Positions 1 through 13,605 are shown, numbered from the stretch's first letter. The stretch is 64,000 bases of DNA from Eledone cirrhosa (GCA_964016885.1 OZ024750.1:51088001-51152000); one strand, 5' to 3'. Notes: generated from the letters alone by a model not told the origin. Program-made: numbers and translations.

Positions 1-2405
1 AGTGACACAGATACGTAAGTAGCGGTTTCCACCTCATCAGTGACACAGATGTGGAAGTAGCAGTTTCCACCTCATCAGTGACACAGATGTGGAAGTAGCG
101 GTTTCCACCTCATCAGTGACACAGATGTGGAAGTAGCGGTTTCCACCTCATCAGTGACACAGATGTGGAAGTAGCAGTTTCCACCTCATCAGTGATACAG
201 ATGTGGAAGTAGCAGTTTCCACCTCTTCAGTGACACAGATGTGGAAGTAGCAGTTTCCACCTCATCAGTGACACAGATGTGGAAGTAGCGGTTTCCACCT
301 CATCAGTGACACAGATGTGGAAGTAGCAGTTTCCACCTCATCAGTGACACAGATACGGAAGTAGGGGTTTCCACCTCATCAGTGACACAGATACGGAAGT
401 AGCGGTTTCCACCTCATCAGTGACACAGATGTGGAAGTAGCAGTTTCCACCTCATCAGTGACACAGATACGGAAGTAGGGGTTTCCACCTCATCAGTGAC
501 ACAGATGTGGAAGTAGCGGTTTACACCTCACCAGTGACACAGATGTGGAAGTAGCAGTTTCCACCTCATCAGTGACACAGATACGGAAGTAGGGGTTTCC
601 ACCTCATCAGTGACACAGATGTGGAAGTAGCAGTTTCCACCTCATCAGTGACACAGATGTGGAAGTAGCAGTTTCCACCTCATCAGTGACACAGATACGG
701 AAGTAGGGGTTTCCACCTAATCAGTGACACAGATGTGGAAGTAGCGGTTTCCACCTCATCAGTGACACAGATGTGGAAGTAGCAGTTTCCACCTCATCAG
801 TGACACATATGTGGAAGTAGCGGTTTTCACCTCTTCAGTGACACAGATGTGGAAGTAGCAGTTTCCACCTCATCAGTGACACAGATGTGGAAGTAGCAGT
901 TTCCACCTCATCGGTGACACAGATACGGAAGTAGGGGTTTCCACCTCATCAGTTACACAGATACGGAAGTAGGGGTTTCTACCTCATCAGCGACACATAT
1001 GTGGAAGTAGCGGTTTCCACCTCACCAGTGACACAGATGTGGAAGTAGCAGTTTCCACCTCATCAGTGACACAGATGTAGAAGTAGCGGTTTCCACCTCA
1101 TCAGTGACACAGATGTGGAAGTAGCAGTTTCCACCACATCAGTGACACAGATACGTAAGTAGCGGTTTCCACCTCATCAGTGACACAGATGTGGAAGTAG
1201 CAGTTTCCACCTCATCAGTGACACAGATGTGGAAGTAGCGGTTTCCACCTCATCAGTGACACAGATGTGGAAGTAGCGGTTTCCACCTCATCAGTGACAC
1301 AGATGTGGAAGTAGCAGTTTCCACCTCATCAGTGATACAGATGTGGAAGTAGCAGTTTCCACCTCTTCAGTGACACAGATGTGGAAGTAGCAGTTTCCAC
1401 CTCATCAGTGACACAGATGTGGAAGTAGCGGTTTCCACCTCATCAGTGACACAGATGTGGAAGTAGCAGTTTCCACCTCATCAGTGACACAGATACGGAA
1501 ATAGGGGTTTCCACCTCATCTGTGACACAGATACGGAAGTAGGGGTTTCCACCTCATCAGTGACACAGATGTGGAAGTAGCAGTTTCCACCTCATCAGTG
1601 ACACAGATACGAAAGTAGGGGTTTCCACCTCATCAGTGACACAGATACGGAAATAGGGGTTTCCACCTCATCAGTGACACAGATGTGGAAGTAGCCGTTT
1701 CCATCTCATCAGTGACACAAATGTGAAAGTAGCCGTTTCCACCTCATCAGTGACACAGATACGGAAACAGGGGTTTCCACCTCATCAGTGACACAGATAC
1801 GGAAGTAGGGGTTTCCACCTCATCAGTGACACAGATACGGAAGTAGCAGTTTCCACCTCATCAGTGGCACAGATGTGGAAGTAGCAGTTTCCACCTCATC
1901 AGTGACACAGATGTGGAAGTAGCAGTTTCCACCTCATCAGTGACACAGATGTGGAAGTAGCAGTTTCCACCTAATCAGTGACACAGATACGGAAGTAGGG
2001 GTTTCCACCTCATCAGTGACACAGATGTGGAAGTAGCAGTTTCCACCTCATCAGTGACACAGATGTGGAAGTAGCGGTTTCCACCTCATCAGTGACACAG
2101 ATGTGGAAGTAGCAGTTTCCACCTCATCAGTGACACATATGTGGAAGTAGCAGTTTCCACCTCATCAGTGACACAGATGTGGAAGTAGCAGTTTCCACCT
2201 CATCAGTGACACAGATACGGAAGCAGCAGTTTCCACCTCATCAGTGACACAGATGTGGAAGTAGCAGTTTCCACCTCATCAGTGACACAGATGTGGAAGT
2301 AGCAGTTTCCACTTCATCAGTGACACAGATGTGGAAGTAGCAGTTTCCACCTCATCAGTGACACATATGTGGAAGTAGCAGTTTCCACCTCATCAGTGAT
2401 ACAGA
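1..2405. repeat. 38-bp minisatellite, about 63 units, runs off the window start
   Basis: Unit AGTGACACAGATGTGGAAGTAGCAGTTTCCACCTCATC. The variant pattern at position 1 recurs at 1141 (30 units, 1140 bp). Confidence 0.97.
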
Positions 2406-2747
2406 TATTATGAAGCAGAATTCTTTCCAGAATCAAACCGTGTGAAAAGAAACCAAGAAATAAATCTTCAAATCGATATTGAATAACGTATTTGAAATGA
2501 ATGTTACAAGTTCGATATCTTTACTCGAATTAAAGGAGATAAAACTCTTCCAGGTAAGCTAAACAAAATCTTATGAATGTAATTTCATGCAGGTAAGTAA
2601 GCGGCTGGTAGATTCAGTCGGAGTATGTTTGCAATATTATGCCTAACACAAGTTAAACATATCGAATGTGTTAAATTTGAAACCGACTCACTGGCGTTTC
2701 CCTTCCTAGTTGATCTTTAATGTTCTAATATGGACTACAGCACACAG

Positions 2748-2953
2748 TTTACACATACACATACCATACACAAGGAAACAGACACACATACACACACACA
2801 CACATACATACACGCACACGCACACGCACATACACACACATACATACACGCACACACACACACACACATACATACACGCACACGCACACACACATACACA
2901 CACACATACATACACGCACACACACACACATACACACATACACGCACACACAC

Positions 2954-3044
<91 letters not shown>
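2748..3044. repeat. (CA)n microsatellite
   Basis: Direct reading; it explains the HT/VC ORFs. Confidence 0.95.
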
Positions 3045-3052
<8 letters not shown>

Positions 3053-3320
3053 CGCAAACGTATGTGCAGACATGAAACCGTACGATAGAGAGACAAAATG
3101 GAGTAAACAAGATTATAGCAGAAAGAGCAGAAATAAGCGGAGGCAGAGAGAAGAAAAGAAAATAGTTATTGAGGAGGTGATATGATATGTTACCAAAGAA
3201 CTTTGACAAACTAATCTATAATCAATAACCAATAACTAATAACTAATGATAATAAAGCTGAAGTAAAAGTAAAATAGTCGGTGTGATTTTATTGGCAAAA
3301 TTAGCAAGATGACTATATCC

Positions 3321-3356
<36 letters not shown>

Positions 3357-3437
3357 GGATATAGTCATCTTGCTAATGCATATATATATATAGTGACGAA
3401 ACATACGTCAATTGCATGAACTCATAATCCTTTATTT

Positions 3438-3493
3438 ACTGCTATATATGATTCGATGATAGCCATTGAATGGCTATGACCTCATCAGGCAGT
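3438..3493 (-). ncRNA. Type I hammerhead motif, mutated GAAU copy of the 7547 family
   Basis: Minus strand ACUGC-CUGAUGA-helix II (AUAGCCA/UGGCUAU)-GAAU-CAUAUA-UA-GCAGU, inside a ~165-bp insert between (TA)n tracts. Confidence 0.6.
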
Positions 3494-3706
3494 TAGTCTG
3501 TTCTTAGATATGCCAGCTCTGTGTTTATAGTGTTGATCGTATCAGAGCCTTGCGACATATATATATATATATATATGGAAAGTTATATTTAAAATTGTTG
3601 GGTTACAACTAGTAAATATTTATAACTGATATAAAAGCACTCGACAAATATTTGGAGTATATTTACAATATTAAATAAATGGAAACTATATTTATAAAAC
3701 CATATT

Positions 3707-3772
3707 TATTTCATTATATATATTTCAGGGATATCATATTAACAATATGCTATGCCTTCCTCAGACAAAATA
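3707..3772 (-). ncRNA. Type I hammerhead ribozyme motif
   Basis: Reverse complement of the 4753-4818 motif. Confidence 0.8.
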
Positions 3773-4752
3773 CAATATAAACAGTTTTATAGATAAATAG
3801 ATTCGACATACCGTAACAACATCGACTTGCATTTGAAGAGGTTGATTTGGCAGTGAAAAAAATTGTACACAGAGAGAAAGAAAGAGAGAAAAAAGAAAGA
3901 AAGACAGAAAACGAAGAAAAGGAAGAAAAAGAAGAAATACATGGAACAAAATAGAGAGATGGAAAGATAGATAAAGAGAAGAACTTCATGTAAAGAAACA
4001 GAAAGAGATATATATATAGAGAGAGAGAGGAAATAGAGATAGATACATATATATATATAGAAAATTAGGTAGTGGGAGGTCTGTTGAGTAAATGTATCAA
4101 TGATACATTTATTTATTTATTTATTTATTTAGCTCTAGTATTAATGTAAGGGAGATATATAGAGAAAAAAATATAGAGAGAGAAAAAAATATAGCGAGAG
4201 AAAAAATTTAAAAATAACCAGATATATGCGAGGCGTAAAAACCCTATGTTTTAATATAGAGGTATTAGTATTTATAAAACATCCACTATATTGTAAATAT
4301 CAGTATTCCTGAATGAGACAAGTATCCATAGTGTGTGAAAATTAATGATCTTATGTTTAGTTTTTTTAAAAATTCATATGTTTATGTGATAGCTACAAAC
4401 ATCCATGTGATCTACATGATCAACTCTGCAAACCCTAAGGTCACGGAAAACATTCACAATGTGGTATAAAAATTTGAGTATACATATATGTGTATTATTA
4501 TTCCTGTCTTTACTCTACAAGATTATCTATCAAGCAGAAATAGAGAGCAGATATTCAATATACTAATAAAAATATATATCAGAAACAAAACTAAAAAATA
4601 ACAATAATAATAATAAGTAATAATAAAATAGAAAACTAAAAAAATATTAAAATATTAAAATATTTTTTTCACTGCCAAATCAACCTCTTCAAATGCAAGT
4701 CGATGTTGTTACGGTATGTCGAATCTATTTATCTATAAAACTGTTTATATTG

Positions 4753-4818
4753 TATTTTGTCTGAGGAAGGCATAGCATATTGTTAATATGATATCCCTGA
4801 AATATATATAATGAAATA
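4753..4818 (+). ncRNA. Type I hammerhead ribozyme motif
   Basis: UAUUUUGU-CUGAGGA-helix II (AGG..CAUAUU/AAUAUG..CCU)-GAAA-UAUAUA-UA-AUGAAAUA; 8-bp helix I. Confidence 0.82.
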
Positions 4819-4855
4819 AATATGGTTTTATAAATATAGTTTCCATTTATTTAAT

Positions 4856-4885
<30 letters not shown>

Positions 4886-4888
<3 letters not shown>

Positions 4889-5080
4889 GAACGAGTAGGA
4901 CGCCGACGGCTGAGCTCAAGCCAGTTTCGACGGCTAATTCTGGACTCCAGAATTAGCCGTCGAAACGGCTTGAGCTCACCCATCGAGGTCCTACTCGTTC
5001 CTATTACCCACTCTACTACCCTAAGTATTGAGTACTTTGGTGCGTTATGGTCCACTTGGTGCCTTACCACATTTCCTTCG

Positions 5081-5082
<2 letters not shown>
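4886..5082 (+). mobile_element. Truncated fold-back copy of the Penelope pLTR 3' end (half hammerhead)
   Basis: Matches 18690-18830, has a short inverted arm, and lies in (TA)n. Confidence 0.8.
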
Positions 5083-5115
<33 letters not shown>

Positions 5116-5662
5116 TATATATATATTTGAATATATATATATATTGGTAAACGGAAAAGAAAATGCTGACAAATTGTTCACAGTGAAAAATAGTTTAATT
5201 AGGAATAAATGAGAATTAGTAATATTATTGGTTAGTATTCAGATTTGGTTTTAAATTTTACCGGTTGCGCATTTCTAATGCTTTTCAAAAATAATTTTGA
5301 GATAGAGCGTCCGTGATGTTTGCTCTAATCTGATTAGTTTTGGGAATTCTACCTGTTTTTATGTTGAAAAAGTGGCTCCAGCGGTATTAAAATAAGTTTT
5401 GCGCCAATTTGTGTTGCAAAAATTCTTGTGGTCAAAACAATTTTGATTGGTCGGTAGAGGTCATGTGAATGTAAAAAATAGATTTTGCGCCAAATGTAGG
5501 TTTGTGTCGGCTGATTGAGAAGTCACTGAGAAATAAATCTTTCACAACAAATATGTGTGTGTGTGTGTAGTAGTAGTAAAGAGGTTCGTTGTTGTGATAA
5601 TGGTCAGCAGGGATGTGTGTGCGAACCGCAGCCTGTTGACAGTTCAAATGCCTATTAAGACA

Positions 5663-5742
<80 letters not shown>

Positions 5743-6232
5743 TGTGTGTGTGTGTGTGTCTTTGTATGTTAATGTACGCGTGTGTAAATGTGTGTGTGTA
5801 TATATATGTGTTTGTGTGTGAGAATGTGTGGGTGGACCAGTATTTATTTCTGGTAAAATGGTGTACATTATTTGATATTTTCAGTAAAATCGATTCTCTC
5901 AATAGAACATCAAAAACCTCAATAATAAAAGGTGTGAAATAATATATAGTATTGGCGTAATACCAAGGTGTGTGTGAGTGTGTCCAGATTGTGCGTACTG
6001 CAAGGGGGATCCATTAGGCCTTGCCGTATTGGAATACCTGTGCACAAATATGTATCTGGAGTGTGTCCAGATTGTACGTAGTGCAAGGGGAATTCATTAG
6101 GCCTTGCCGTATTGAAATACTTGTGTACAAATATGTATGTACCCATCAGTGTGCAATGCATGTGTGCATTTATGTATGTGTGTGTGTCGGCACGTTTATA
6201 TCTATAGACATCAAAATGTATATATATATACG

Positions 6233-6264
<32 letters not shown>

Positions 6265-6265
6265 A

Positions 6266-6298
<33 letters not shown>

Positions 6299-6314
6299 AA
6301 TATATATATATATA

Positions 6315-6367
<53 letters not shown>

Positions 6368-6415
6368 ATAAATGCTCTGAAATATCGATAAAATCTCGAT
6401 AAAAGCACTGGATAT

Positions 6416-6458
6416 GTAGTCCTGAAGATTTCTAATAAGAATGAAACGCGTAGATTAC
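6416..6458 (+). ncRNA. Minimal type I hammerhead
   Basis: GUAGUC-CUGAAGA-U UUCU AAUA AGAA U-GAAA-CGCG-UA-GAUUAC; outer stem CUCGAUAAAAGCA/UGCUUUUAUCGAG. Confidence 0.9.
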
Positions 6459-6725
6459 TTCCCTTGCTTTTATCGAGAATCTAATTGTAATACGTGACGT
6501 ATTCTATTCTATAGCGATTAGGTCTTCAAAATGTTTATTATAAACATACAGAATATTTTCGAATATTCTATGTCTATATTCACATATATATCGCTATTTC
6601 AGAGCATTTATTCCAATTTCTAATTTCTGCCGGACCGGCAACCGCTCTTTCAAACCAGTTCCTGTACACAGCTAAGTATTCTATAAGTCTCTAGCTGTGT
6701 CATTCTCGATAAAAGCACTGGATAT

Positions 6726-6768
6726 GTAGTCCTGAAGATTTCTAATAAGAATGAAACGCGTAGATTAC
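6726..6768 (+). ncRNA. Minimal type I hammerhead (second unit)
   Basis: Identical to 6416-6458. Confidence 0.9.
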
Positions 6769-6890
6769 TTCCCTTGCTTTTATCGAGAATCTAATTGTAA
6801 TACGTGACGTATTCTATTCTATAGCGATTAGGTCTTCAAAATGTTTATTATAAACATACAGAATATTTTCGAATATTCTATGTCTATATT

Positions 6891-6927
<37 letters not shown>

Positions 6928-6928
6928 T

Positions 6929-6973
<45 letters not shown>

Positions 6974-6986
6974 TTCTGAGCATTAC

Positions 6987-7270
6987 AGTACAATTTAATA
7001 TAAAATTATGATCAACACTAATGTGTTTTTTTTTGCAAATTGACAATAAATTAGCCAGGTTTAGAAAGGTTTGAATTTTGAAATTTAAACTTGTCTAGGC
7101 ACCAGGGCAGTTGCCATTTTACGTCTGTAAGTATAGATTTATTGTTTTTTAGATCGATACAGGCGGACTATATGTACTTGAATTAAGGTATTTCTATCTG
7201 GCTAGTTTATTGTCAATTTGCAAAAAAAAACACATTAGTGTTGATCATAATTTTATATTAAATTGTACTA
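6987..7270. mobile_element. MITE-like fold-back insert in (TA)n
   Basis: ~72-bp inverted arms at 6987-7058 and 7198-7270; no HHR core seen. Confidence 0.65.
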
Positions 7271-7387
<117 letters not shown>

Positions 7388-7438
7388 AATCTTGCTAAAC
7401 AAATTCAGAAACGAAATATATATATATATTTATATATA

Positions 7439-7486
<48 letters not shown>

Positions 7487-7546
7487 GCAAGGCTCTGATA
7501 CCATCAACACTATAAACACAGAGCTGGCATATCTAAGAACTGACTA

Positions 7547-7602
7547 ACTGCCTGATGAGGTCATAGCCATTCAATGGCTATCATCGAAATATATATAGCA
7601 GT
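7547..7602 (+). ncRNA. Type I hammerhead ribozyme motif
   Basis: ACUGC-CUGAUGA-GGUC AUAGCCA UUCAA UGGCUAU CAUC-GAAA-UAUAUA-UA-GCAGU. Confidence 0.85.
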
Positions 7603-7645
7603 AAATAAAGGATTATGAGTTCATGCAATTGACATATGTTTCGTC

Positions 7646-7694
<49 letters not shown>

Positions 7695-8000
7695 AGATAT
7701 ATATATATATAAAAACAAATAACGAAACGAAATTAAATTTCGTTTCGCTTCTAACTCACTTTTGTATGACTGACGCTTAAACAATTAAGTTAAAGTGTAC
7801 ATCTACATATGTATACGGAAGTATTAGTATGCATATAAATACACACATGTATACATATGTACATGTACTCAGCTTTTCACTAGACACTTTACAGTGAGTG
7901 TCAGCTAGTCTGTATGTAACCACACAGACGGACCGGGTTTTAGAGTCATACGGGTTTTCAAGGAAACACATTTCCTCTATTCTCCACAGGGCCAGACAGG

Positions 8001-8045
8001 AATATTGGACTAGTTTCGATGTTATTACATCTCATCAGCAATATT
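8001..8045 (-). ncRNA. Minimal type I hammerhead (GUC)
   Basis: Reverse complement of 8957-9001. Confidence 0.92.
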
Positions 8046-8463
8046 TACCCATCTTCCGGCTTCTCTGGAGAATTGTAAAAGCACATATCGTTATATGCTT
8101 TTTCTATGAAAATTAGTAGTGGGTAGACTAATTTGCATAGAACGTGAGTCAATGTACGCACCGGTTCAGCGGAAACGATAAAAACAAATAACGAAACGAA
8201 ATTTAATTTCGTTTCGCTTCTAACTCACTTTTGTATGACTGACGCTTAAACAATTAAGTTAAAGTGTACATCTACATATGTATACGGAAGTATTAGTATG
8301 CACATAAATACACACATGTATACATATGTACTCAGCTTTTCACTAGACACTTTACAGTGAGTGTCAGCTAGTCTGTATGTAACCACACAGACGGACCGGG
8401 TTTTAGAGTCATACGGGTTTTCAAGGAAACACATTTCCTCTATTCTCCAGAGGGCCAGACAGG

Positions 8464-8508
8464 AATATTGGACTAGTTTCGATGTTATTACATCTCATCA
8501 GCAATATT
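8464..8508 (-). ncRNA. Minimal type I hammerhead (GUC)
   Basis: Reverse complement of 8957-9001. Confidence 0.92.
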
Positions 8509-8956
8509 TACCCATCTTCCGGCTTCTCTGGAGAATTGTAAAAGCACATATCGTTATATGCTTTTTCTATGAAAATTAGTAGTGGGTAGACTAATTTGCA
8601 TAGAACGTGAGTCAATGTACGCACCGGTTCAGCGTAAACTGTAAAGTGTCTAGTGAAAAGCTGAGTACATGTACATATGTATACATGTGTGTATTTATAT
8701 GCATACTAATACTTCCGTATACATATGTAGATGTACACTTTAACTTAATTGTTTAAGCGTCAGTCATACAAAAGTGAGTTAGAAGCGAAACGAAATTTAA
8801 TTTCGTTTCGTTATTTGTTTTTATCGTTTCCGCTGAACCGGTGCGTACATTGACTCACGTTCTATGCAAATTAGTCTACCCACTACTAATTTTCATAGAA
8901 AAAGCATATAACGATATGTGCTTTTACAATTCTCCAGAGAAGCCGGAAGATGGGTA

Positions 8957-9001
8957 AATATTGCTGATGAGATGTAATAACATCGAAACTAGTCCAATAT
9001 T
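8957..9001 (+). ncRNA. Minimal type I hammerhead (GUC)
   Basis: AAUAUUG-CUGAUGA-GAUGU AAUA ACAUC-GAAA-CUAG-UC-CAAUAUU; outer stem AUUCUCCAGAG/CUCUGGAGAAU. Confidence 0.93.
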
Positions 9002-9236
9002 CCTGTCTGGCCCTCTGGAGAATAGAGGAAATGTGTTTCCTTGAAAACCCGTATGACTCTAAAACCCGGTCCGTCTGTGTGGTTACATACAGACTAGCTG
9101 ACACTCACTGTAAAGTGTCTAGTGAAAAGCTGAGTACATGTACATATGTATACATGTGTGTATTTATATGCATACTAATACTTCCGTATAAATATGTAGA
9201 TGTACACTTTAACTTAATTATATATATTTATATATG

Positions 9237-9313
<77 letters not shown>

Positions 9314-9314
9314 G

Positions 9315-9385
<71 letters not shown>

Positions 9386-9386
9386 G

Positions 9387-9467
<81 letters not shown>

Positions 9468-9489
9468 GTATTTATATATATATATATAT

Positions 9490-9567
<78 letters not shown>

Positions 9568-10349
9568 ACAGGAGGCTGGAGTGGCTGGTGCAATTCCCTG
9601 AAAGGTTTATTATACTGTGATCATTTCAATGACCGGGTTCAGTATGAGTCCGGTGACATCACTGTCAGTTAGACAGAGGCATATTATATCACCTAGTCTC
9701 TCGGCTGACCACTCGAGTACTATAGGGCAGCTTATTTGGATATGACTTACATCTTTCTATGTTATGGGAAGCATTGTCTGTATCTGTGTTTGCAAATGTT
9801 TTCTGGTATTGTAGCAGAACGTTGGAGGGTTTCTCATCGATATGCACGAAGAAATATCAGACATTCCTTGAATGTTCATAAAGTTGATAGAGAGAGTTTG
9901 TTCGTGTTTCTAGTAATGGAAGACAGCCAATCAGTAAAGATATCTTGATTTATAATTCCAGACCAGAGAAATGTAAATTTCTTACGACACTAATTGAATA
10001 CTAATCAGATGGGTTTCTCAAATAGTAATTCATTTAAATATTAGTTCGACTGTAGTTTCTTAAATGCTGTGACCCAACGGCATTACATTAATGATATGTA
10101 AAGGAAAGTAGAATTCTACTTGACAAGAAACTGAATAGTAATAGCTAGTATACGAGTAGTGGTCGTCCAATAGAATTGAAAGCTTTATAACCACATTACA
10201 TACAATTTGCACAATTGGTAAAGTGTCAATGACTGTCAGTGTAATCTAGTTAAATAAGCTCTAAGACTTGTTGGTTTCCATCACAGTGATACTCTTGAAA
10301 ATTGCTTAACTTTAGCGGTCGGTGTTTCTATATGTCTTTACAAAGAATA

Positions 10350-10380
10350 ATTATCATTATCATCACAACCAACATCCTAT

Positions 10381-10412
<32 letters not shown>

Positions 10413-10460
10413 AGCAGCATCATCATCATCACCGTTATCATCATCATCATCATCATCATT

Positions 10461-10492
<32 letters not shown>

Positions 10493-10497
10493 TATCG
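10350..10497. repeat. (CAT)n/(CAG)n trinucleotide repeat
   Basis: Direct reading. Confidence 0.9.
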
Positions 10498-11699
10498 TTC
10501 TATTTATCAAACTTATAATCGTCATAAGCATCAGTATTCTCGTGTCTTACAGATGAGAAGGACAAAATAATGCACATTCTGTAGCACAACTGTCTCTCAT
10601 CATAAAAGCAAATCCAATTAGTTATGATGTAAGAGTTTCTAACTCTAATTTTACATCTAACTCTGACTCAAACCTTCACCTTAACCTTAGCCCTAATTCT
10701 AACCCATGATAGAATTAAACTTGGACTGAGATATCGAATTTGACGGAAGAAAGGTCTTGGTATATTTAATTGTCTTAAATATTGTTTAAATAATAAGGAA
10801 TTGTCATATTCTACTTTTATAACAAGTCCTACATTTGAGACGTGACTGATGCAGTGAAAATAAAATAAATTTACATACATAACAAATATAATTATTAAGC
10901 AATGATATATTGAAAATTCCAGGTATAGCTGTCATGTATAACTGCGAAAAATACTGAATATTCAATGACCCTGGTAACATAGAATTCTCTTTAAACTGAC
11001 AGCTTCCAGTGCTGAGAGGATATCATTGATTCAGTTTAGAATAGGCAGGTCGTGTAAAACGATGTAAAGCGATCATCGCAAAATCTAGCCAAGTTATCTA
11101 ACCACATAACCACGTAAGCATGGAAACAACAGAGAATAAAATATATGGAAATGAATATTAGGCAATTAATCCATGCAGGAGATATCAATAAAAATATACC
11201 ATCGATAGTTATAGATAAATTAATCGTCCACCTATACATGGGACATATGTCTGTGGTATTCTAATAGAATTTTCACATAGCTCTATTTTAATTTTAAATT
11301 CATGAACCTGATTATATCTACTTAACCTTTTGTGACAAGCAGTGAATTGACAGAGTTGTTAGGACCTCGGATAGAATGCTTTGCCGTAATCTGTCTAAGT
11401 TCAAAATCCACTGAAGTCAACTTTGCCTTTCATTCTTTCGAGGTCGCCACAGTTGATTCTTTTTCCATATCTTTCTCTGGAAGGAAACGATTGTGTTGTG
11501 TTCAGACTTGTAGAGGGTAGGCTAATCTGTCACTACGGCACCCGTATATGTTTATGAGAAGTGCTGCTCAATACATATATATATATGTGTATGTGTAAGT
11601 CAGTTAACTATCTGCTATGATATTTAGCTCCTAACAGAATTTTACAAAGATTGACTTTTGCAACACATTTTATCAAAATATATTTTGGTGGAACACAAT

Positions 11700-12260
11700 A
11701 ACTGAGTTTTCTCCGAGACACTTAATTAATGAAATTAAAAAATAGACAATTAAACATCGCCCTAGGTTGGGCAGCTTTCAACAAGAACAAGGAAGTACTA
11801 ACATGAACATGAGTTTCCTATCATTTGAAGTATCTTTGATACTTACACCCTACCAGTTGTGCTATATGGTCCTGACTGTGTTAATTGGACGACAAGGTCA
11901 CTTCAGAAGCTCTCTATATTCCAGAACCACACCATGAGACTTATGACTGGCAAGCGGCTCATCAACCGTATTTGTATCAGTGAGCTGCTCAACATTACCA
12001 AACTTAGACCAATTACATCAATTTTCAAGTCAAGAGTACTCTAACTATACGGTCATATAAAAAGATCAACTTGTTGTGTCAGTAGCTTATGCCTGGAAGG
12101 AGGGTTGGCTGGTAAGAGAAGCAGAGGCCGGCAGCCAAAACGATGGCTTGACAATGTCAACTTATGGATTGGACTTGATCTTTTCACTTTGAAGTCTGCT
12201 GCTGGTGATCGAACTTTGTGGAGAGGGATATCACATGATAATGCGCAGTCTGTAACTGGC
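11700..12260 (+). pseudogene. RTE-like LINE, 3' ORF fragment
   Basis: Frameshifted translation gives GWAAFNKNK, LPVVLYG..W, LYGHIKR, LEG..AGKRSRGRQPKRWLDNV, typical of the RTE C-terminus. Confidence 0.75.
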
Positions 12261-12477
12261 GGAGTTTAGGCGTCACAATAATCAAGTGTCTATCATTTTG
12301 CGTTAGTAATTCGTTATGTAAAATACGTTGTAATATAATGATAAAAAAAGAATAAAATAAAAAAAGAAGATAAAGGAAGAGGAAACCCACCCAGAGTCGT
12401 GAAATCTTAAAATTACACTTGAAATTTGATACGATTTAACTTATAGGGCTTAACCCTTGAGTTTCTCTTTATCACCC

Positions 12478-12975
12478 TCAATCTCGTCATCGTCAATCTC
12501 AGCTACGTCATCTCAGTCTCAGCTACGTCATCGTCAGTCTCAGCTACGTCATCATCAGTCTCAGCTACGTCATCGTCAGTCTCAGCTACATCATCGTCAG
12601 TTTCAGCTAGGTTATCGTCAGTCTCAGCTACGTCATCGTCAGTCTCAACTACGTCATCATCAGTCTCAGCTACGTCATTGTCAGTCTCAGCTACGTCATC
12701 GTCAGTCTCAGCTACGTCATTGTTAGTCTGAGCCACGTCATCATCAGTCTCAGCTACGTCATCGTTATTATTATTTACGTCATCGTCAGTCTCAACTACG
12801 TCATCATCAGTCTCAGCTACGTCATCGTCAGTCTCAGCTACGTTATCGTCAGTCTCAGCTACGTCATCGTCAGTCTCAGCTACGTCATCGTCAGTCTCAG
12901 CTACGTCATCGTCAGTCTCAGCTACGTCATCGTCAGTCTCAGCTACGTCATCATCGGTCTCAGCTACGTCATCGT
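12478..12975. repeat. 21-bp minisatellite
   Basis: Unit TCAGCTACGTCATCGTCAGTC, about 23 copies; the minus strand reads (DDDVAET)n. Confidence 0.93.
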
Positions 12976-12988
12976 TATTATTATTAGC

Positions 12989-13605
12989 AAGAGCGGTGGA
13001 TTGGCAGTATCGGTAGAGGGTCGGATGCCATGCTTTGCAGCACAAAGTTACGGCCCTTTATGGTCTGAGTTCAAATCCCGCCGAGGTTAACTTTAGCTTT
13101 CATCCTTACGGGGTCGATAAAATAAAGTACCAGTAACGTACTGGGTAATTGCTGGCCTTGTGCCAATAGTAGAAACAATTATTATAAAGAGGTGTGGATT
13201 GGCAGAATCGGTTGAATGTCGGATACGCTTTGCGGCATAGTGTCACGTCCCTTTACGTTCTCAATTAGGATCGCGCCGAGATTAAGTTTTACCTTTCATC
13301 CTTTCGGGGTCAATAAAATAACAGTAATACACTGGGGTAGATTTATTCGACTTTCCCCTCCCCCAATTTGCTGCCCTTGTGCCTATGGTAGAAATCATTA
13401 TTCTGAAGAGTGAACTGGATTGGCAGTATCGGTAGAGGGTCTAACGCCATGCTTTGCAGCTAAGAGTTACGGCCCTTTATGGTCTGAGTTCAAATCCCGC
13501 CGAGGTTAACTTTGCTGCCTTTCATCCTTACGGGGTCGATAAAATAAAGTACCAGTAATGTATTGGGTAATTGCTGGCCTTGTGCCTAAATAAGAAACAA
13601 TTATT
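12989..13605 (+). mobile_element. Three head-to-tail tRNA-derived SINE copies
   Basis: A box TGGCAGTATCGG, B box GAGTTCAAATCC, conserved body CTTTCATCCTTACGGGGTCGATAAAATAAAGTACCAG. Confidence 0.85.

Larger units (their letters stand above)
3577..4860. mobile_element. Fold-back non-autonomous element (Penelope pLTR/retrozyme-like) with ~195-bp inverted arms
   Basis: 3665-3860 is the reverse complement of 4665-4860; (TA)n flanks; each arm carries an HHR. Confidence 0.75.
6363..6895 (+). mobile_element. Retrozyme-like tandem array (310-bp unit) in (TA)n
   Basis: Direct repeat with period 310, one HHR per unit, a short inverted 5' piece; same family as 50401-51912. Confidence 0.85.
7709..9219. 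mobile_element. Retrozyme-like array: two ~465-bp tandem units plus ~1.3 inverted units, in (TA)n
   Basis: Units start at 7709 and 8178; inversion junction near 8635; one HHR per unit. Confidence 0.88.

Noticed and set aside
1-2405. CRISPR array or coding repeat
   Set aside because: No unique spacers, eukaryotic context, and a 38-bp unit that is not a multiple of 3.
2545-2600. Small exon between CAG and GTAAGT
   Set aside because: Stop codons in all three frames and no other support.
2706-3209. HT/VC-rich ORFs (also the many YI-rich ORFs)
   Set aside because: They are translations of (CA)n and (TA)n microsatellites.
7898-8116. 72-aa ORF repeated in the ~465-bp units
   Set aside because: It has a GTG start, lies antisense to the ribozyme, and recurs only because the unit is repeated.
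12503-13045. Acidic (DDDVAET)n protein
   Set aside because: The ORF starts inside an antisense SINE and is otherwise a minisatellite; there is no splice or domain support.
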